From contig OZ281495.1 of NCBI GenBank assembly GCA_965637545.1, positions 28,396,001 through 28,460,000 on the forward strand: a stretch of DNA of 64,000 nucleotides, read 5' to 3'. Below the pieces are notes generated by a model, which saw only the letters and a list, made by a program, of their open reading frames with translations, did not search any database and was not told the DNA's origin. The DNA comes from Phallusia mammillata (lineage: Eukaryota). Positions within the stretch are counted from its first letter, which is position 1. Every line of letters starts with the position of its first letter. Positions 1 to 15,196 of this stretch are shown here, piece after piece. Position numbers and translations under genes: made by a program.

Positions 1-742
1 TTTGAAAAAAGGCGATTTTTGTGGACTTTGAGGAGAATTATAACAATACGTACAAACTATTAATAACATTCTGAGAAAAAATGGAACTAAGTTGTTTTCT
101 TTAGAAATGTGTTTTTCAACTTTTTTTTTCCATTTCCTTCACAGTATATGGGTCCACTTTTTGTTCTAAACATTTGTAAACGTAGGCGAATAATTAAATA
201 TTTTAAAGGTCATTGTGGTTAACATATGATTTAAACGAAAGGCGTCGACTTAAACTGACAACATCTAATTTGTGATGCGATAAACTCGCAGAAATTACAC
301 GTGCAAAATGTTTGTCACGAAAAAGAATTGCAGCCAACAAACGACTGCCCTAGGCAAAGGCATTAAAAAATCTTGTTATACCACGAGGAGCAAAACTGGT
401 ATTACCACGAGGCTCTTGGTTTAAGTTGGTTTTCTTGCGTGTATCCAATTAAAAGCTGCTGTCCTGATCGATTTTGTCCACTTATTTCGTAATGGCCTTT
501 TGGGGTAGCGTTTTTTAAAGTTTAAACAGGTGCAGAGTCCTAGAATGTAGATTGCTGATTCATACAAACCAGTATATATCCCCGTACCGTTTCCAAAGCT
601 TTAAACGATTTCACGGGTGCTTCGATTTTCTGGCTTTTTTAATCCTTTCCTGAGGATTTATGGCCAGGGAATAGCCCTCCCCACTCCGAATGAAACACAG
701 CTTGTGAATTTTTAATGTAACTAATTGCCCTCTTGTGCGTAG

Positions 743-2823
743 GTACCTGGTCATCGTGCACCCGTGCTGGTACGAAGCACATTACACGAAACGAAAGACT
801 TTCCTCGCGGTCCTACTGGTCTGGATCTGGTCGAACTTTTTGACCTCGCCCACATTGTTCGGTTGGAGCGGCCTGGGGTAAGATCTCAATCTCAGTCTAA
901 TGTGTTTTGTGTTTCTCAACACTTTTCTTAACACTTGGAAATGTATACATGATATACCTGTCCAATAGGCATTAATCTGCAAGTCCAATAAAACGCCAAA
1001 GCTTGTACTTTTTACAATCATACCGAGAGAAAATGTAAAATGTTACCAGGTTTCTAAAGTTTTTCTCTATTTTGGTAACACTAAAGTAAACTGTGAAAAC
1101 AAGTTTCTTTTTTTTGTAGTAGCTAGTTTTTTTAATTGTATAGCAAAGTGTGTTTCTTATAGTTTATTGCACGACGTGTAAAACTCCATCGTTCTAAATC
1201 CTTAAGTTTTTTTTTCGTTTGCAGTTACGACCCTAAAATGGTTGGCTGTGCGTGGGACGACCAGGCGGCCATAAGTTACAACGCTACTTTTATGACACTC
1301 GCTGTATTCGCTCCTCTAATTACTATATGCATCTGCTATGGGAGGTTATACAGGTGAGCTATGCGTTAATTTCAAAGATCCATCACCAATGTGCATGTAG
1401 AATTACACAAAGAATCATTGATATTTCACCACCAGAAAAAAGGATTTTCCCAGCAGAATTACATTTTGTAATAGGTTTACGGACGCCATCATACTGCTGT
1501 ACTGTGAAAACGTTGCTTAGTTTTATATGTAATAAAGCGTTATAAAAGCTTACAGCCATTAGCTGACAAGTAATTAGCTACAGAGTGTGTACAGTGTTTC
1601 GGCCAAGAACGTACCGCCTTTTTTTAAAAATTGTCGGTCACAACCAGTTTGAAGATTTGTCAGACATGTGACCTTAAATGATCTTTCTAGGTGCGTACGT
1701 AATCGTGGTCGGTGGATCCGAAGTTTTGCAGTCTCTCCCTCTAATGTGCTGCGCCAGGCCAAGGAGCGGCGATCCTTGCAGAAGGAAATCAACCTATTGA
1801 AGACCCTGGCTACGGCACTGGCCTTCTTCATTTTATGTTGGATGCCGTACGCCTTTAGCGTGACCTTTGACCCGAAGGGTATTCCCCACAAGTCCAAACA
1901 GGTTCGTAGCGCATAGCGTTTGTGAATGATTTGAAAACATTTTGCGTTGGGAAATTTTAACTTTAGCGGGTTTGGACGATGAGCAGCATTGTTTGAAGGA
2001 AGTACGGTTACAATTGCTGACTGTGGGTTGTTTAATTTTCAATTTCATAGGATTTCCTGTATTAGTATTACCAGGACAAACGCATGAAAGTTGTCAATGA
2101 CGCTGCTACAACCCTTTTAATAACACAACTTTATGCGCAATTAGCCTTAGATTAGAACAAATCACGCATTTGGGTAAATCCAAAAACTTAGAGAATGAGA
2201 TCAAGTTTGGAGAATGTAAATAAAAAACATCACATAAGCATGAGTAAGAAATATTGTGGCCTAATAAACATATAAGAGATTTTTTTCCCGGTGGCAAGTG
2301 TTTTCACCTCAGCGGTTTACTATGTTAAAAAACTTTAATTTAAATGTTTGTGATAGCAGTACAGTTCATGCGAAATACAACCTACAATAAATACGTAATT
2401 GTATCATGGGACCTCTGCACATAACGAAAGTGTACCCTAGATAAATTGGTTAGTGACAATATGTTTTTCCTTGCAGATCGTAGCCTGGTTTGGCCTCTCA
2501 AACTCCGCGGTAAACTTCATCGTGTACGGTGTAATGAACACCACCTACAGAAAAGGTTACAAGAACCTGCTTAGGCTGCTCTGTTGCTGCAAGAAGCCAA
2601 CCTTGTCAAGGTACGAGGTGTGGATCTTTGATTCTTTCTAATTATTTATAAGTTGCCATTTATAAATTGGGGGGATATTTACTTTTATTTCTGATTGGGG
2701 TCGTCAGCCACAGATTTGTTACCTAATTGACTTCGGTTTGTTGTTTATTTTAGACTTCCATCGGTTTTTCGACATTACAACGAATCGCGGAACAACAATG
2801 AACATGCGTCGCCTCATCGGTAA
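743..2823 (+). CDS. Class A (rhodopsin-like) GPCR paralog 1, NRY-type (melatonin-receptor-like); 5'-partial, TM1-TM3 exons lie upstream of the window
   Basis: GT-AG exons 743-877 (RYLVIVHP..TM4..GWSGL), 1225-1353 (ECL2 Cys, TM5), 1691-1901 (ICL3, TM6 CWMPY), 2477-2610 (TM7 NSAVNFIVYGVMN, helix 8, CCC) and 2754-2823 (C-tail). The 3' end is uncertain because the stop overlaps a cg|gtaag donor. Exon phases match paralogs 2 and 3. Confidence 0.88.
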
Positions 2824-5800
2824 GCACACAACCACTTTAAGTTGTTTTAACATTACCTTTTAAGCCGCAAGCAAAGGCTTTGTAACCATCATATCTCAAG
2901 TAACATAGGTGACCGAAACTGTCAAGCCAACAGGATGCAGGCTTTGACATGTCAGACATACATGCAACTCAACAAAAGCAATACAAGAGTTGCATTTGCA
3001 TCCCACTTTACGCAACATCGCATAGACTATGGAGATTCTCCATTTGTCCACAACATGTTTTGGTGTTATAAGTGAGGAATAATCACATTGCAATTATAGT
3101 CGTCGATGTGTAATTACATTTACCAGCTCAAGACCTAAAAACAAAATGAAACAACGCAAAACAACAAAAAACAGTTGACTGTGAACGAATTATAGGCATA
3201 ACATCGCCCATAAACTGCAAAACCTTTATGCAAAAAATGGCAAGTCATTTGGGGCATCGTTGGTTAGCTAAAATGCTAAACGACGATGTGGTAGAGTATA
3301 CTGGGAATCTGCACTTTGTAGACGGACGAAAGGCACGAGTAAAAAGGTTTGATCTTTATCAACATATTTGCGGGAAGTTTGGGATTTGGGTTTGACGTTG
3401 TCGGCGACGTGAATTTGTGGCCAGCAAAACACACTTCGTGAAGTGAAGTTTTTCACAGCACAAACAGTCTATAAAAGTTGCGATGTCCAAAGTTATCTGC
3501 CGAAAAGTGTTGCAAAACAACAGTATGTTGCACAGAAAAGTAATTAATTGCAACGTAAATATTTCACTTGTTTTGCCTGTTTTGTAAACCCCACTGACAA
3601 CTTTGGTTGCGGGTAAAGATATAACCAACACTATTTTCATTATGTGCGTCTACGATTATGTGCGTCTACGCAGATCTGATAATTTGTTTTAATTAGGTTT
3701 GTTGTTTATTGTGGGAACGTTTTGCATAATTTGTTGTATTAATGCAGGGCCAACAACAGCCTTCCGGTTGGGGAGTCAAACTCAAACATTCATCAGTACA
3801 AGGGTGTTTCTTGACCACGAAGAAAAACACGTCAAATTTATTTCACGTGTCTCCACAAGATTGCCACAAACGGCTTCAAATCAAACTAATGCCAAATAGC
3901 TTATAAGCTGATTGATTTTCATCATCCAAAGTTGATTCCAGTGCTGGTTCAGTGTTTTGCGTTTTATTGCAGTTTACAAACCGCCGTCAAATATCACTGT
4001 GATACAGTTTACAGTTGTCTTTCTTGTTGTCTATTTCTTGCGTTACATTGAATAAACTGTTGTTCCTGTACGAACTCAAAGGTGTTGATCCATAACGTTA
4101 AACTCGTAGGTCTTTACAAGGTATGCAGTCCGTTGAACCAAGCGTAAAAGTTCGACGGAACAAATAATAGCTTACATTGCAAACCGCTACGCTGAGAACT
4201 AACCAAATGCGGAATCCAGTCAAGCATAGAAGAGTTCTGTTGGTTACTAAGGATCAAGACAAGGGCTTTATTCCAGCTGAATACATGGTCACGCCTTAGT
4301 GCTATCGTCGCTAAAGGAATTTTAAGTTTTTTGTCGAAATATCAGCTGCAATTAATGTGCATTTTCACTTTAAGTACATATGTGTGTTCAGCACCCAAAA
4401 TATCTTTAACCGAATTGAAATATTTTCAGCTAAAAACGAAAACGTGTCCTCTTTTGATGGCTATAATGCACACTTGAAAATATTGCGTAAAAATTCCCTT
4501 GCGATATTTTTCTCTCACTTACCCTATTGATGAGCTGTAGAGACTTTAGGTTCATCACGCCGTCCATCTCTCTTAGGAATTAAATCCCTACATCTGTCCA
4601 GCGCCAATTGTCGCACTTAAACCGTGATTAAAGGACTGCCCCTGGAGAGCGGTGTCAAATGCGGCGAGGTTTTACATCCTCAATGACGTCATACATTGTG
4701 ACGCGAACGACGTCAGATTGATGGCGTCAACAATCCCGACAACAAAAAACCTGCAACCAAAGGTACTTTAGCGACACCAAGTGTGCAATAAATTAAAATA
4801 AAACCTGCCACTAGAGGAAGATTAGCCTCGAAGTTACATAACAATTTTGTTGCGAGAATAATTTATGATCTGTTTTACGCGTTGTCCGTAGTAATACTGT
4901 GTGTTTCTTTGCTATCTTATAATTTATTATTTATGTAGTTCTTGGTTTAGTCCTGATTGATTTTGTTAGTGTTATGTTTCCTAAAGATTTATTATTTTAA
5001 AATTGCCGTTTCGAACGCAACCGCTTAACCGGCTTGGCTTTTCTGAGAATGCCCATGATCTTAATCTTTTCCATTGTCCAGGGCTGGCAAGGAATTTTCC
5101 TATTTTTGTTGTCCTTTTCTGTTTTATACAAACGAAATTTTAGTAACAGATTGTTGTTCATTTAGCAAAACAACTCTATATGAATATCTTTATAATTTTA
5201 AGTGAAATTCTCTAGTATATTGGCAACGGCCTTGTTAACTGATTAAAAGTATTGTGTAAGCTTTCTGAAACAGCTCTGTAGAGTGGGACGTTCGAACAAT
5301 ATATGTTGAATCTGCTATAGCCATTTGAACAACGCTACGAAACTTCGAACTCAAGCGTTATGTTACGCTTGTTGAAATATCACAGGTATCTTTGTTAAAG
5401 TTGTTCTGTTACCTGTGTAAGATGTTTTTTGATGTTAGGTAACTTTTGTTTGGAAACGTTTTACTTTGTAAATTCATCATCTAAATATTTTTTTCATTTT
5501 GATGTAATGTGTGTTTTCCTTATTTTGCGACGTTAAAAATATACCATTCAGATGTTATAAACGTCAATTGTAAGAAGAAACGAAACGGAGAAACGAACGT
5601 GGCTGCAGTTATACGTTATACCGGTTATAAATATCCTTCTACAGAAAATTCTTTAATGTCACTTAAAATGGCACGCATCGTTTATAGGATAAGCAATGCG
5701 TCAAGGTCAAAAAAGTCTGGAATCATATCTCATTCTAGGTTTACTTTGTGATCTGCATCTGATATACTTGCCTTACTCGTTCGCCCAGAAAGCTTAACTT

Positions 5801-8800
5801 CATACTTCAAGTTTGTTCGTTTCTCTTTTCTCCATAAAAAGCAGAACCACCTTATGTTACAGCAGCACACATACGTGATACCCCCTTTAATATGGACAAT
5901 AGATTCGTGCGCACTGTCTATTGTAAAAAGGTTCTCATTGCCTATTAATGCATGTTAGTAGCGGATGGCTATTTGCGTGTAACTAGATTATGTTAATTTG
6001 TTTTCTAACTTTGTGCTTTTCACCTTAACGTACAGCATTTGTATTCATCTTGAGTCACTATCTTTAAACGTACAAGTTGATATGAGTCAGAGTTTAGGAT
6101 CTATCATAAGAGTTTGTGGATCAAATCAATAAGAATATGTATAAGTGGTAACGGTAACATCTGTGTTATGAGAGATAAAGTGATGCAATCACGATAAACA
6201 GCAAAAAACATATGCTTGTTTTGCGTTGAAGAACTGTTTTTCAGTCGCGAAAGCCGCAGGGCAACCAAACTACCTTTTTAAGTGTATTTCCACCAAAAAC
6301 AGGAATAGCACTTTTCGGTTTCATCAGAGTCAGTTTATGTGTAAACTGTCATAAAGCATATGACCACTTAGTCATGCTGCACTAGCCATCAGGTGTCTGT
6401 TAAACTGTATCGTTGAGTGCATGTAAGATTTCTGACATCAAGGCCGCGGTTGTTACATCAGGAGATGAATTATGCATTATTGCAGCCTCTGTTTAAATTT
6501 GTTCTTGTTTGTGCGGTTAATATGTTGTCTCATAGTTTAAGTCGTTCACACTAGTGAGGCAATAGATTTGAAAAGAAGTTGTAGTTTGTTGTGGTAGCGA
6601 AAAAGTGGTGACTAAAATGCAACAAGAAACAAATCAATCCAATTATTAAATAGTAAATTTGAACCATAGCTATAGTATCGGAAAATGATCGGTTCGTAAA
6701 ACATCGTTGAAAATCGCTGACCATTTAAAGTGCCTTGACCTGTTGTGACTCAGAGAAAATGGCGTGTTGAATGCTGTCATCGGGTAAAATAAGTCGGCAG
6801 AGGTAGGTAAAACACTTTAGATACAGACTGATTGATGTCTTCATCCGCCGGCAAACCTAACCCAAAATACGGTCCATTGAGGTTGAATGCTGTTTGTCAT
6901 CAATATCAATAAACCTTGTATAGATACGTTTAGATGACCCCAGACCATACATATCCCGTAACGGGCTTTAAGAAAACGACCTGGCGTAAACCCGAAAGAA
7001 GGTCAAAGGATACAGCTCAAGATACATCTTGGTAATAACAGCATCAGTGCATCTAAAGGTAAAGGTTGCACTTGGTTCATCTGGGTTTAAACCCTAACAG
7101 TTTCCTGTTAAATTTCCACCTTTTGTTAGGTTTTGTGTGACAAGCTGTTTTTTTGACCTGACTGATTGTTGTCGAAAATTTATTGCCTATGGTGGTTTGG
7201 CTTCTCCAGACACTGGTCTGAAATGTTTGCGGTGAAACAAAACACCTTAAAGTCATTTACATAGAGAATGTCGTTAGATAGTGGTGTGTTGCTTGTGTTG
7301 TTGCTAAACGACTGATAATACTTAGCTATAGTCAACACCTATCACATGTGTTCGTTACTATTGCACAATATATTATCACGTTTCTCAAATGTTACATTTC
7401 AAGGACCTATATCAAAATACTTTGTCTTTCGATTTTAAGCAACTTTCTGTTTCGAAACAAATTACAAAACCGCTCAGACAAATAGTTTGTTAGAAACAAA
7501 ACATGATTATAGAGAACGTGATTATTGTTACAAATTGTAAAAAAGTTTGCTGGTTTAAGACCTTAGATCTAAATTCTAATTTTTTTTTTGGAACCGAACT
7601 GCTAAATTCTATTCAGTGACAGCCACAACATTCCCCTACTTGACATTTCGTGACAAGCGCTGTGTCATGTTTTGCTCGTAAAGTCTAATGTAATGACTGT
7701 GGGTATACCACTCCTTGTTACAGCACATCACGGGATTTTTGTGGGTACAGATTCTGAACATTACCTACATGTTGTTCGTTACTGCGACCATCTATTTAGT
7801 TTATCTTCTTAAAAACGGAAAGTTGCACAATTAAAGACCTATTTTTAGCGTTATGTTGATTAATGAATGGGCACTTGTCTTTTATAGCGTACATAGTTCT
7901 GAAAATGTCCTAACATGGTTTGTTGTATAGCTTGTAACAATGCTAGGTTTGTTGCAAAAATGGAGTAAAGTCGTGATTTAAAGTATCGCGGGATTTTGAA
8001 CGGGTATTTTCTGCCCATTACGGCAATTACAAACCCAATAAGGACATCGATATAGGTCAATAGTTTCCAAAGTCAAGTGTTGGATATTTATTTAAAAATG
8101 CAATTCCACTGCAATTATTGGCTTGTTAAATTTAAGTCAGCTTAAATATTGTCCTATTGGAAAACTTACATTAGTGTAATTTAACACGTTTATAAATTAT
8201 AAACTAAAACAGTAAAATAATGAATGCTTTAAAAATTAAAAAGCGTTTATAGCTCAACAATGTGCAACAATGCAGTGTAAGTTACTATCATTTAAAAAAA
8301 TGCACAAAATACGAGTAAAATCGCTTACCTTTATCATGTTACCAATGCGTAACGACTTGATCAGGACAGACATGTGACAAAGAACCCCGAGTGACGTCAC
8401 GGCATGACTTCCGATATGCAAGGGAAGTCTGCTTGGGGACCGGAAAAATATGCAATGCTTCCTCTCATTGCCGCTATGACGTCACAGACAGGCTGCGCGA
8501 TTTTTGATGAGTGGCAGTGCTTGGTGATTGAGGTGAAGTTCGGCCCGCGGCTAATTGCCGAAAATTTTTTGACAGCGCTCGCGTGTAGCTTTTCGATTAT
8601 GTGAAAGACGTAATGTGAAATAACGCTTGTTCGATTGTTATCTTATACCAGTAAACAAAGACTTACGGAAATTTGAAAACCCTTTTGTTTTATTGTTGTC
8701 ACTTTCGCTAACCAGGGAATTTCATGTTTGAAAAGGTCGTACCACATTTGAGTTCTATTTCGGGATCAACGAAAAAACAATTTGCCGAGTTGGAATTTTC

Positions 8801-9410
8801 TGCACGACAAAGACGCCTACTACATATAAGGTTTTGAGGCTTTGTTTAAACAAAATGACGTTGTCGCGCGGTTGTCGCGCGGTGTACTGAGGTTTCTTTA
8901 TGATTTATTTGTAGTTTCCGACTATTTACAACCGTTATGTCATGGTTTGGCTTGTGCCGTGTTGTGACTTGTACATGTCAGCTGCAATGGCAATTTGTTC
9001 CCCCCGCCCAGAGAAGTTTGACCTTAGAAATGGACACTGAGAGCAAAAAAGGCGACAGCAGGTTAAATAAAAAGCCCTGTATCACAGAAGGTGTTAGATA
9101 GTTGGCTTCGATAGGATAGGCGACGAACGTATATTGTTGATTTGCATCAAGATTCTGCTACAATTTTATAAGATTGTTACTCGGTCTATGCAGTCGGGAA
9201 TTGGTTATGTCATTTATATGTTCAATTTCACAAAGTAAACGTTTATATATTAAACTAAACCCTCAAACTCTATAAACTTGTAATATCAATGGACCTTTAC
9301 GTATTTTTAGTTTGTAAGCTTTGAAAAATCGAAGTACCGTTTTGGTCTTTGACAAACTATATCTAACTCGATGTTTACATTTGTTTCAGCAGATTTCCAA
9401 TAAAGTAATC

Positions 9411-12400
9411 ATGTCTAATATATCAATGGACGGTCTGGAATGCACTAATACCTCTGGTCCATACTGTGGAATATACGATGCCGGACGAATTGTTGACGCC
9501 ATATTCCTGGTGATCTTAACAGTTGTCGGCACTGTTGGAAATTTCCTTGTCATCTTTTCTATCATCTGCGCAAGAAGAGTGAACAAGAATGGAAACGTAT
9601 TCATTATTAATCTGGCTTTGGCTGATTTGATTGTGAGTATTTGGAAAGGAATGTTTAGGCAATAAGAAAAAATATTAATTAAAGACAGTTTTGGTTGTAC
9701 GTTTAGGTTTTGATTTGCTTAACTTAAAGTCGCAACAATGAACATGGTAAAAAACAAGGATTTTTTGACTATTTTTTATGCATATTTGATCATATCATAT
9801 TAAATACACATTTTAAAGTATAATATCTTGTCAAACAAGGCTTGTGGTATAAATGAAAATAGAAAATGTGTAAGTTTATGTTCAGGATAATTAATAAACT
9901 TATGTGTTGTTAAACGTGAGCGAAAAATACAACACACTGCATTCCGATAACGATTGGTTCCGGCATGTCCAGGATACCTCTGTGGTTAACAATCCTCGAA
10001 TCGATGCTAATGTTTTAACGCTAAACGGTCGATACACGCATTTTTAGCTAATTTACCAAAAAAAGAGAAAACGTTTGAACACGCCGTCAATATCATGGCT
10101 TGAATATAATAAAAACGCAGAAGAATCATGGTGGTTTGTGTTGGATAGCTCGATATTCAGAATAAAAATTAATATACAGCGGTTTATGCTTTCGTGTCAA
10201 ATAAATATTCATGTTTCCTTTTTGAGCGAAATTATTCATTCCTAAATAAATAAAAATGTAACTTAAGACTTGTTCCTGTTTTATTGAATTTTTAATCCTA
10301 TTGCTAAATTATTGCTTTAAAACATACCAAGGTGAACTGCTGCATGTTAAAATGGTGGGTAATTGTTTGTGGCTGTTACTTTCACAAATTAAACAAGATA
10401 ATACTTTTTGTTTACTGTATTGGGTAATATTACTTCGGGGAAAAGTTGGAGTAGAAAAAACTGGCAAATAGTTACAATTAAGCACCCCAGGAGCAGCATA
10501 GCATTGTAACTCACTCCAGACAAAATTTAGACTAAAACAATTGTAAGAAATACGGTCCAACAATTTCTTTGTACCAGAATTCCGTGCGAAAACAATTTAT
10601 TACTTTAAACTGTCGTGTTTCAGGTGACCGGATTTTTTACCCCAACAGTGGTTGCAAACGTCATCCGAACAACAAATGCCTTGAGTGACACAGCCTGTGA
10701 CGTAGCCGGTTACCTAGTAACAGTGTCTTGTGTGTGTTCCGCAAGCAACCTCATGAGTATAGCATTCAACAGGTAACCATATTTTTATTCTACATTCTGC
10801 GCAAATCAATCTAAACAAAATCGCCATAGTCTTATGAATGTTATCTAATGTGTAAGCCTTTAGAATATTGCAATGAATTACTCCCAAAAACGCAAGAGAT
10901 AAATTATTTTAATCGCTCATAGCACGACACGACAATATTTTTAGTTTTTTAGATTATCCTACATTTGATTGCCGGGGGATTTGAGAATAGTACTTGTTTT
11001 TTTCACTTAAAACTGTACCACCAAGCAAATCTTGTATTTGGACAAAGGAGAATTTGAGCCTTATCAATTGCCCTCAATAAAAAGATTTATATCTGATCAC
11101 GAACTATATCAGATAGGAAATCTACGAAATTCCCCTAAAAAGATTGTTACGGAAATATTTTATCGTTTCTGGTGGTGCAGCGATAGCAATACACACAACA
11201 CACGACTATATATTTCCATGTTTCAGGTATTGGGCTGTGGTTCGGCAACCAACATACAACAAGGTTTTTACAAAGCGTCGCATCTACCTCCTCGCCATTT
11301 TGAACTGGGTGTGGGCAAATCTTCTTATTATGCCAACCCTTCTCGGATGGACCCATTTGGAGTAAGTTAAATACTTGCATTATTGCATTGGTTCGTAAAA
11401 AACGTCTGATCGAACACCCATGGATTTGGGGTCTAATTAAGCTAGTGTAAAGCCACAAGGCTACGAAAATGTGTACTGCACTTAAAGTGGCTCTAAGTTT
11501 ATCTATACTGTTTTTTAAACGTTTATGTGTGTGACCAAAGCTTGTACAATGGTTTTCGGTGTACTCCGAACCTTATTTGTCAGACGAATAACGACAGAAC
11601 ATTGGCCATAGACCAAGGTTATCATGCCGGACTATAGCACACGCTCCTGTGCTTATTCCTTATATAATTCGTATGGATATAGTAAATGCATGTGTATAAT
11701 TTCGAAGACATAATTGCTAGTCATTGAAGCTATACTTATAATAGATATGATCATAGTACCTTTATGATACGAACTGTCAACACGCCTACTAAGAAACGTT
11801 TAATCTTACATTTGCATTTTGTAGTGTAGCATACAAACATCCGGTGTGGTAACTAGAACTAAGTTGACCGATTCGAGTTTAAGCACGTGTGGATTAATTG
11901 TCTTGCAGGTACGGAACAGGCATGATGCTCTGTTCATATGACAACGTCAGTGCACCCGGATATAACGCGTTTGTGTTGATTCTGGCTATTGCCTTTCCAA
12001 TTACTGCCATCGTGTTCTTCTACTGGCGTTTATTCAGGTAAGCCAGAAAAACTTACAAAATAACTTCTTTTTAAACATTCGAAATAAATAAGGAATAAAT
12101 TTATAAACGGTCTACTGAAACTGAAATATAATAAAAGCACACTTTAATTTAAAAACAAGATCAGAAAAAGTCAGTTTTTGAATGAACAAAAAACGAGAAA
12201 TTAACGGATAAATTAAATAAAAGTAAAATCTATTGTCTGTAAGGCCAAAACAAACTCGTTTATTGATATCGCAATGAAACTGAAAACAGAAAGGTAAGCA
12301 AAACAAAAAACGTAATCGTAAATGAAAATCAAAAATGATACTAATATGCGCTCGAGGCGTGGTAATACCTTCTTTAACGTAATATGCCTGAATTCTCTTG

Positions 12401-14133
12401 TGATGAATAAACCACATATATGTGGAAGATTGGCGCTAAATACTCTCGCATTGCCGACTTATAAGAGGATTTAAGTCTACATATGGGTATAAGTTACAAC
12501 ACAAACTTAATTGCTGATGTCAAATATTTTTGACAGTTTCGTCAATAGGAATACTTAGTATTCACATTAATCTGCTGGTGGTCTTCAAAAAACAGTAAGA
12601 TCAACACATTACAACATTCTGAAGTAAAAAACGTGTTTAATTGATTTTCTTAAGTTGTAATAAAACTTGCTCTACCTATATCCGTTTACCATTTTTGAAC
12701 CTGTTTTGGTTGATTTATGTAATGTTGGAAAATGGTAGTACACATATTGACTGTAGCTTCGAATGGTTTAAAGAACACAATAGCAGACGCTAGTCTTTAA
12801 GAACTTAGTCAAATAAACCATCTCATTTGATAAGCAGTTTCGATTACCCAAAGTTCTGAATTTCCCACTACTACTAAACAGTGAGCATTGGTCCACCAAT
12901 ACCAGGCATATTCACACACCAGCCTTTTTAAGTGTGCCAAATTGTCAACTTGGACAACTTTCTGGGTGGTTTAATACTTTACTAGTTGTATGAATTAAAA
13001 ATTAAAATCAGCAATTAACATTCTGACATAAAAAACAAATGTGGCTATTCCACCAATCAAAGAGATCTAAACATATTTCTTTTGACTCAGTGCTGTTAAA
13101 AAGCGGGGGAAAGTTGTGAAAAAGATGAGCAGTCATACAAATTCCGGACTACGTAATATGGAACAACGCCAGCTGAAGAAACAATTGAACTTGGCTAAAA
13201 CACTTTCAATCGCTGTCATTGCTTATGTTGTTTCCTGGACTCCATACGGTATCCTTATCATTCTACCGCAAGATCTGGTCCCCCCACTTGCAAAACGAGT
13301 AAGTAAAGAAGTTTTTAATTAAAACTATTTCTTCTTTACAGTCAAGCTTTAATTAGGGCCGTTTGCTCATTTGCCAAGGAAGCAAAGAGACCATATCCTC
13401 CATTTTTTTTAAATTGTTCATATTCATAAAGCACAGTTAATACGTTTCTCTCGTCGTGTACATTCTCTAACACGAATTTATTTTTTCTTTAGATTGCATC
13501 TCGCTTGATCCTCACGAATTCGGTGGTAAATTTCATAATTTACGGTGTGATGAACCCGACTTACAGGAAAGGATACAAAAGGCTGTTGTCCTTTATGTTC
13601 TGTTGCAAAACCGGAAAAGGGTAAGTTTTGAGACCTTTGGTGATCAAACATTTCAAAGTCAAAACACCAAATTACAATAATGCAACCAATACCATCTGTC
13701 CGACCCGACCTATTGAATTTCACATATTTGTTATTAAACTTATCTTGAAAAAGATATATAAACTCCTTATTCGGCCTAAGTTAATTATACTATGTAAAAG
13801 CTAAGGTTGGTATTTTTTAGAAAATGGAAGAGCGAAATGGACTCCAGTACTACTGGCCAACCTTCCACTGTCAGAAGCCGATTCAAGTCAAGATTTATGA
13901 AATCCGTAAGTACACTCATTACTTTATGTTTTCGAGAAATGTTTTGACCAAAACACAAGCTTGCTTTTTGAACGATTTTTTTTCCTTTACAATTTTGTCA
14001 TTGAAAAATGGTTAAAAGCGTTTGCATTTCTCAGGGTGAATCGCCAGGAAAATCGCCTAGCTCGGTGTCAAGGAAAGGCAATTTCCGCTCAGGAACACCC
14101 AGCGGTTCCAACGACACTTTGAATGCTATTTGA
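9411..14133 (+). CDS. Class A GPCR paralog 2, NRY-type (melatonin-receptor-like), complete, 8 coding exons, about 384 aa
   Basis: Exons 9411-9632, 10624-10772, 11227-11361, 11909-12037, 13091-13298, 13493-13620, 13821-13905 and 14035-14133, all GT-AG and in frame (1155 nt). Motifs: TM1 GTVGN, TM2 NLALAD, TM3 Cys..FNRY, TM4 W, ECL2 Cys, TM6 SWTPY, TM7 NSVVNFIIY, Ser/Thr-rich C-tail ending DTLNAI*. Confidence 0.92.
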
Positions 14134-15196
14134 CTGACATGTTTTGACCTACCTACATGTTCTGGTCGTTGCATGTTAAATGTTGGTATCATCAACACTG
14201 TATGGATGTTGTTGTAACCTTTGAGGTAAAGTTGTCGGGCAGCGCTTTTTGATCGGGACTTAAGTTTGAATAAAACTGGTTTGATTCGGGCCTGACTTTA
14301 CACTTGGCCTTTTCTGTGCCGCAATTTTGTTTCGGACCTAAATTGAACTTTGTTTTATAAAACTTTCGCGTTCGATTTATGCGTTTGGTTTGTACTACTT
14401 GGCTCGGGCCCCAGTTTCAGGCCTGTCTGCAACTCCGTGGTGGTGTAAAGATGTGTGGTAAAAGAAAAGTTGCCCCCAAAATATTCTTAAAACAGACAAC
14501 TTAAAACAACTGTTTACATACTTCTTTAGTGGTAGGTTAAATTCTGATTAGTCTAACTCTAGTTAATCACAAGTAAGCAATAATTTATCACCGAGGCAAC
14601 CTGACAGGGGTTCGTGTTATGAAGCGCCATGATCCGTTTCCCATCAATAATAAATAATACCATTATCAAAAAGTGCATATTACCTTAAAGTAACACTTTA
14701 TAAGTTCAATGACGCCAAACAGGTCGAAAAGGTTTTTATTATAGTTGTTATTGTATTTTTTGTTTTATTGAACTACGTGCTGATGTTTTGTTGCACTATT
14801 CTTGTGGTATGGTCTAGTATAAGTGTGCTGTTTTTATTCTTTATTTTTGTGCCCATCCTTTATTTTGTTGTATGAGTTCGTACTCGATTTCTTGTTTAAA
14901 CGTTAATAAGAAAAATACAAAACAAAAACAGTTTTGTTGATACCCCTGCCTGCTTTAACAAGTCATTGGATTTACAGTTACACGCGATTAAAAGACTTAC
15001 AATTTTTATACTTTCTCACAGATACTGATGATGTTGATAAGGCGAAATATCAATATCCTAAAACATTTATCTGTATCCATACTATTCCTTTGTCTCAAAA
15101 ACCTTGTGCTTGAGCGACACATAGTGGTATATTATTTTAGTTTAAATCAAACACTTAAAAGCGCTATTGGTATAACATCGTGCGGTTTCGCATAAA

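Noticed and set aside
1574-11458. Antisense or alternative-frame ORFs over GPCR exons (1574-1897, 9386-9604, 11032-11370, 11147-11458)
   Set aside because: They are shadows of the real + strand exons and show no independent protein features.
13824-14015. ORF MEERNGLQYY as a separate gene
   Set aside because: It overlaps GPCR2 exon 7 (13821-13905) in a different frame. The spliced frame joins cleanly to the flanking exons.
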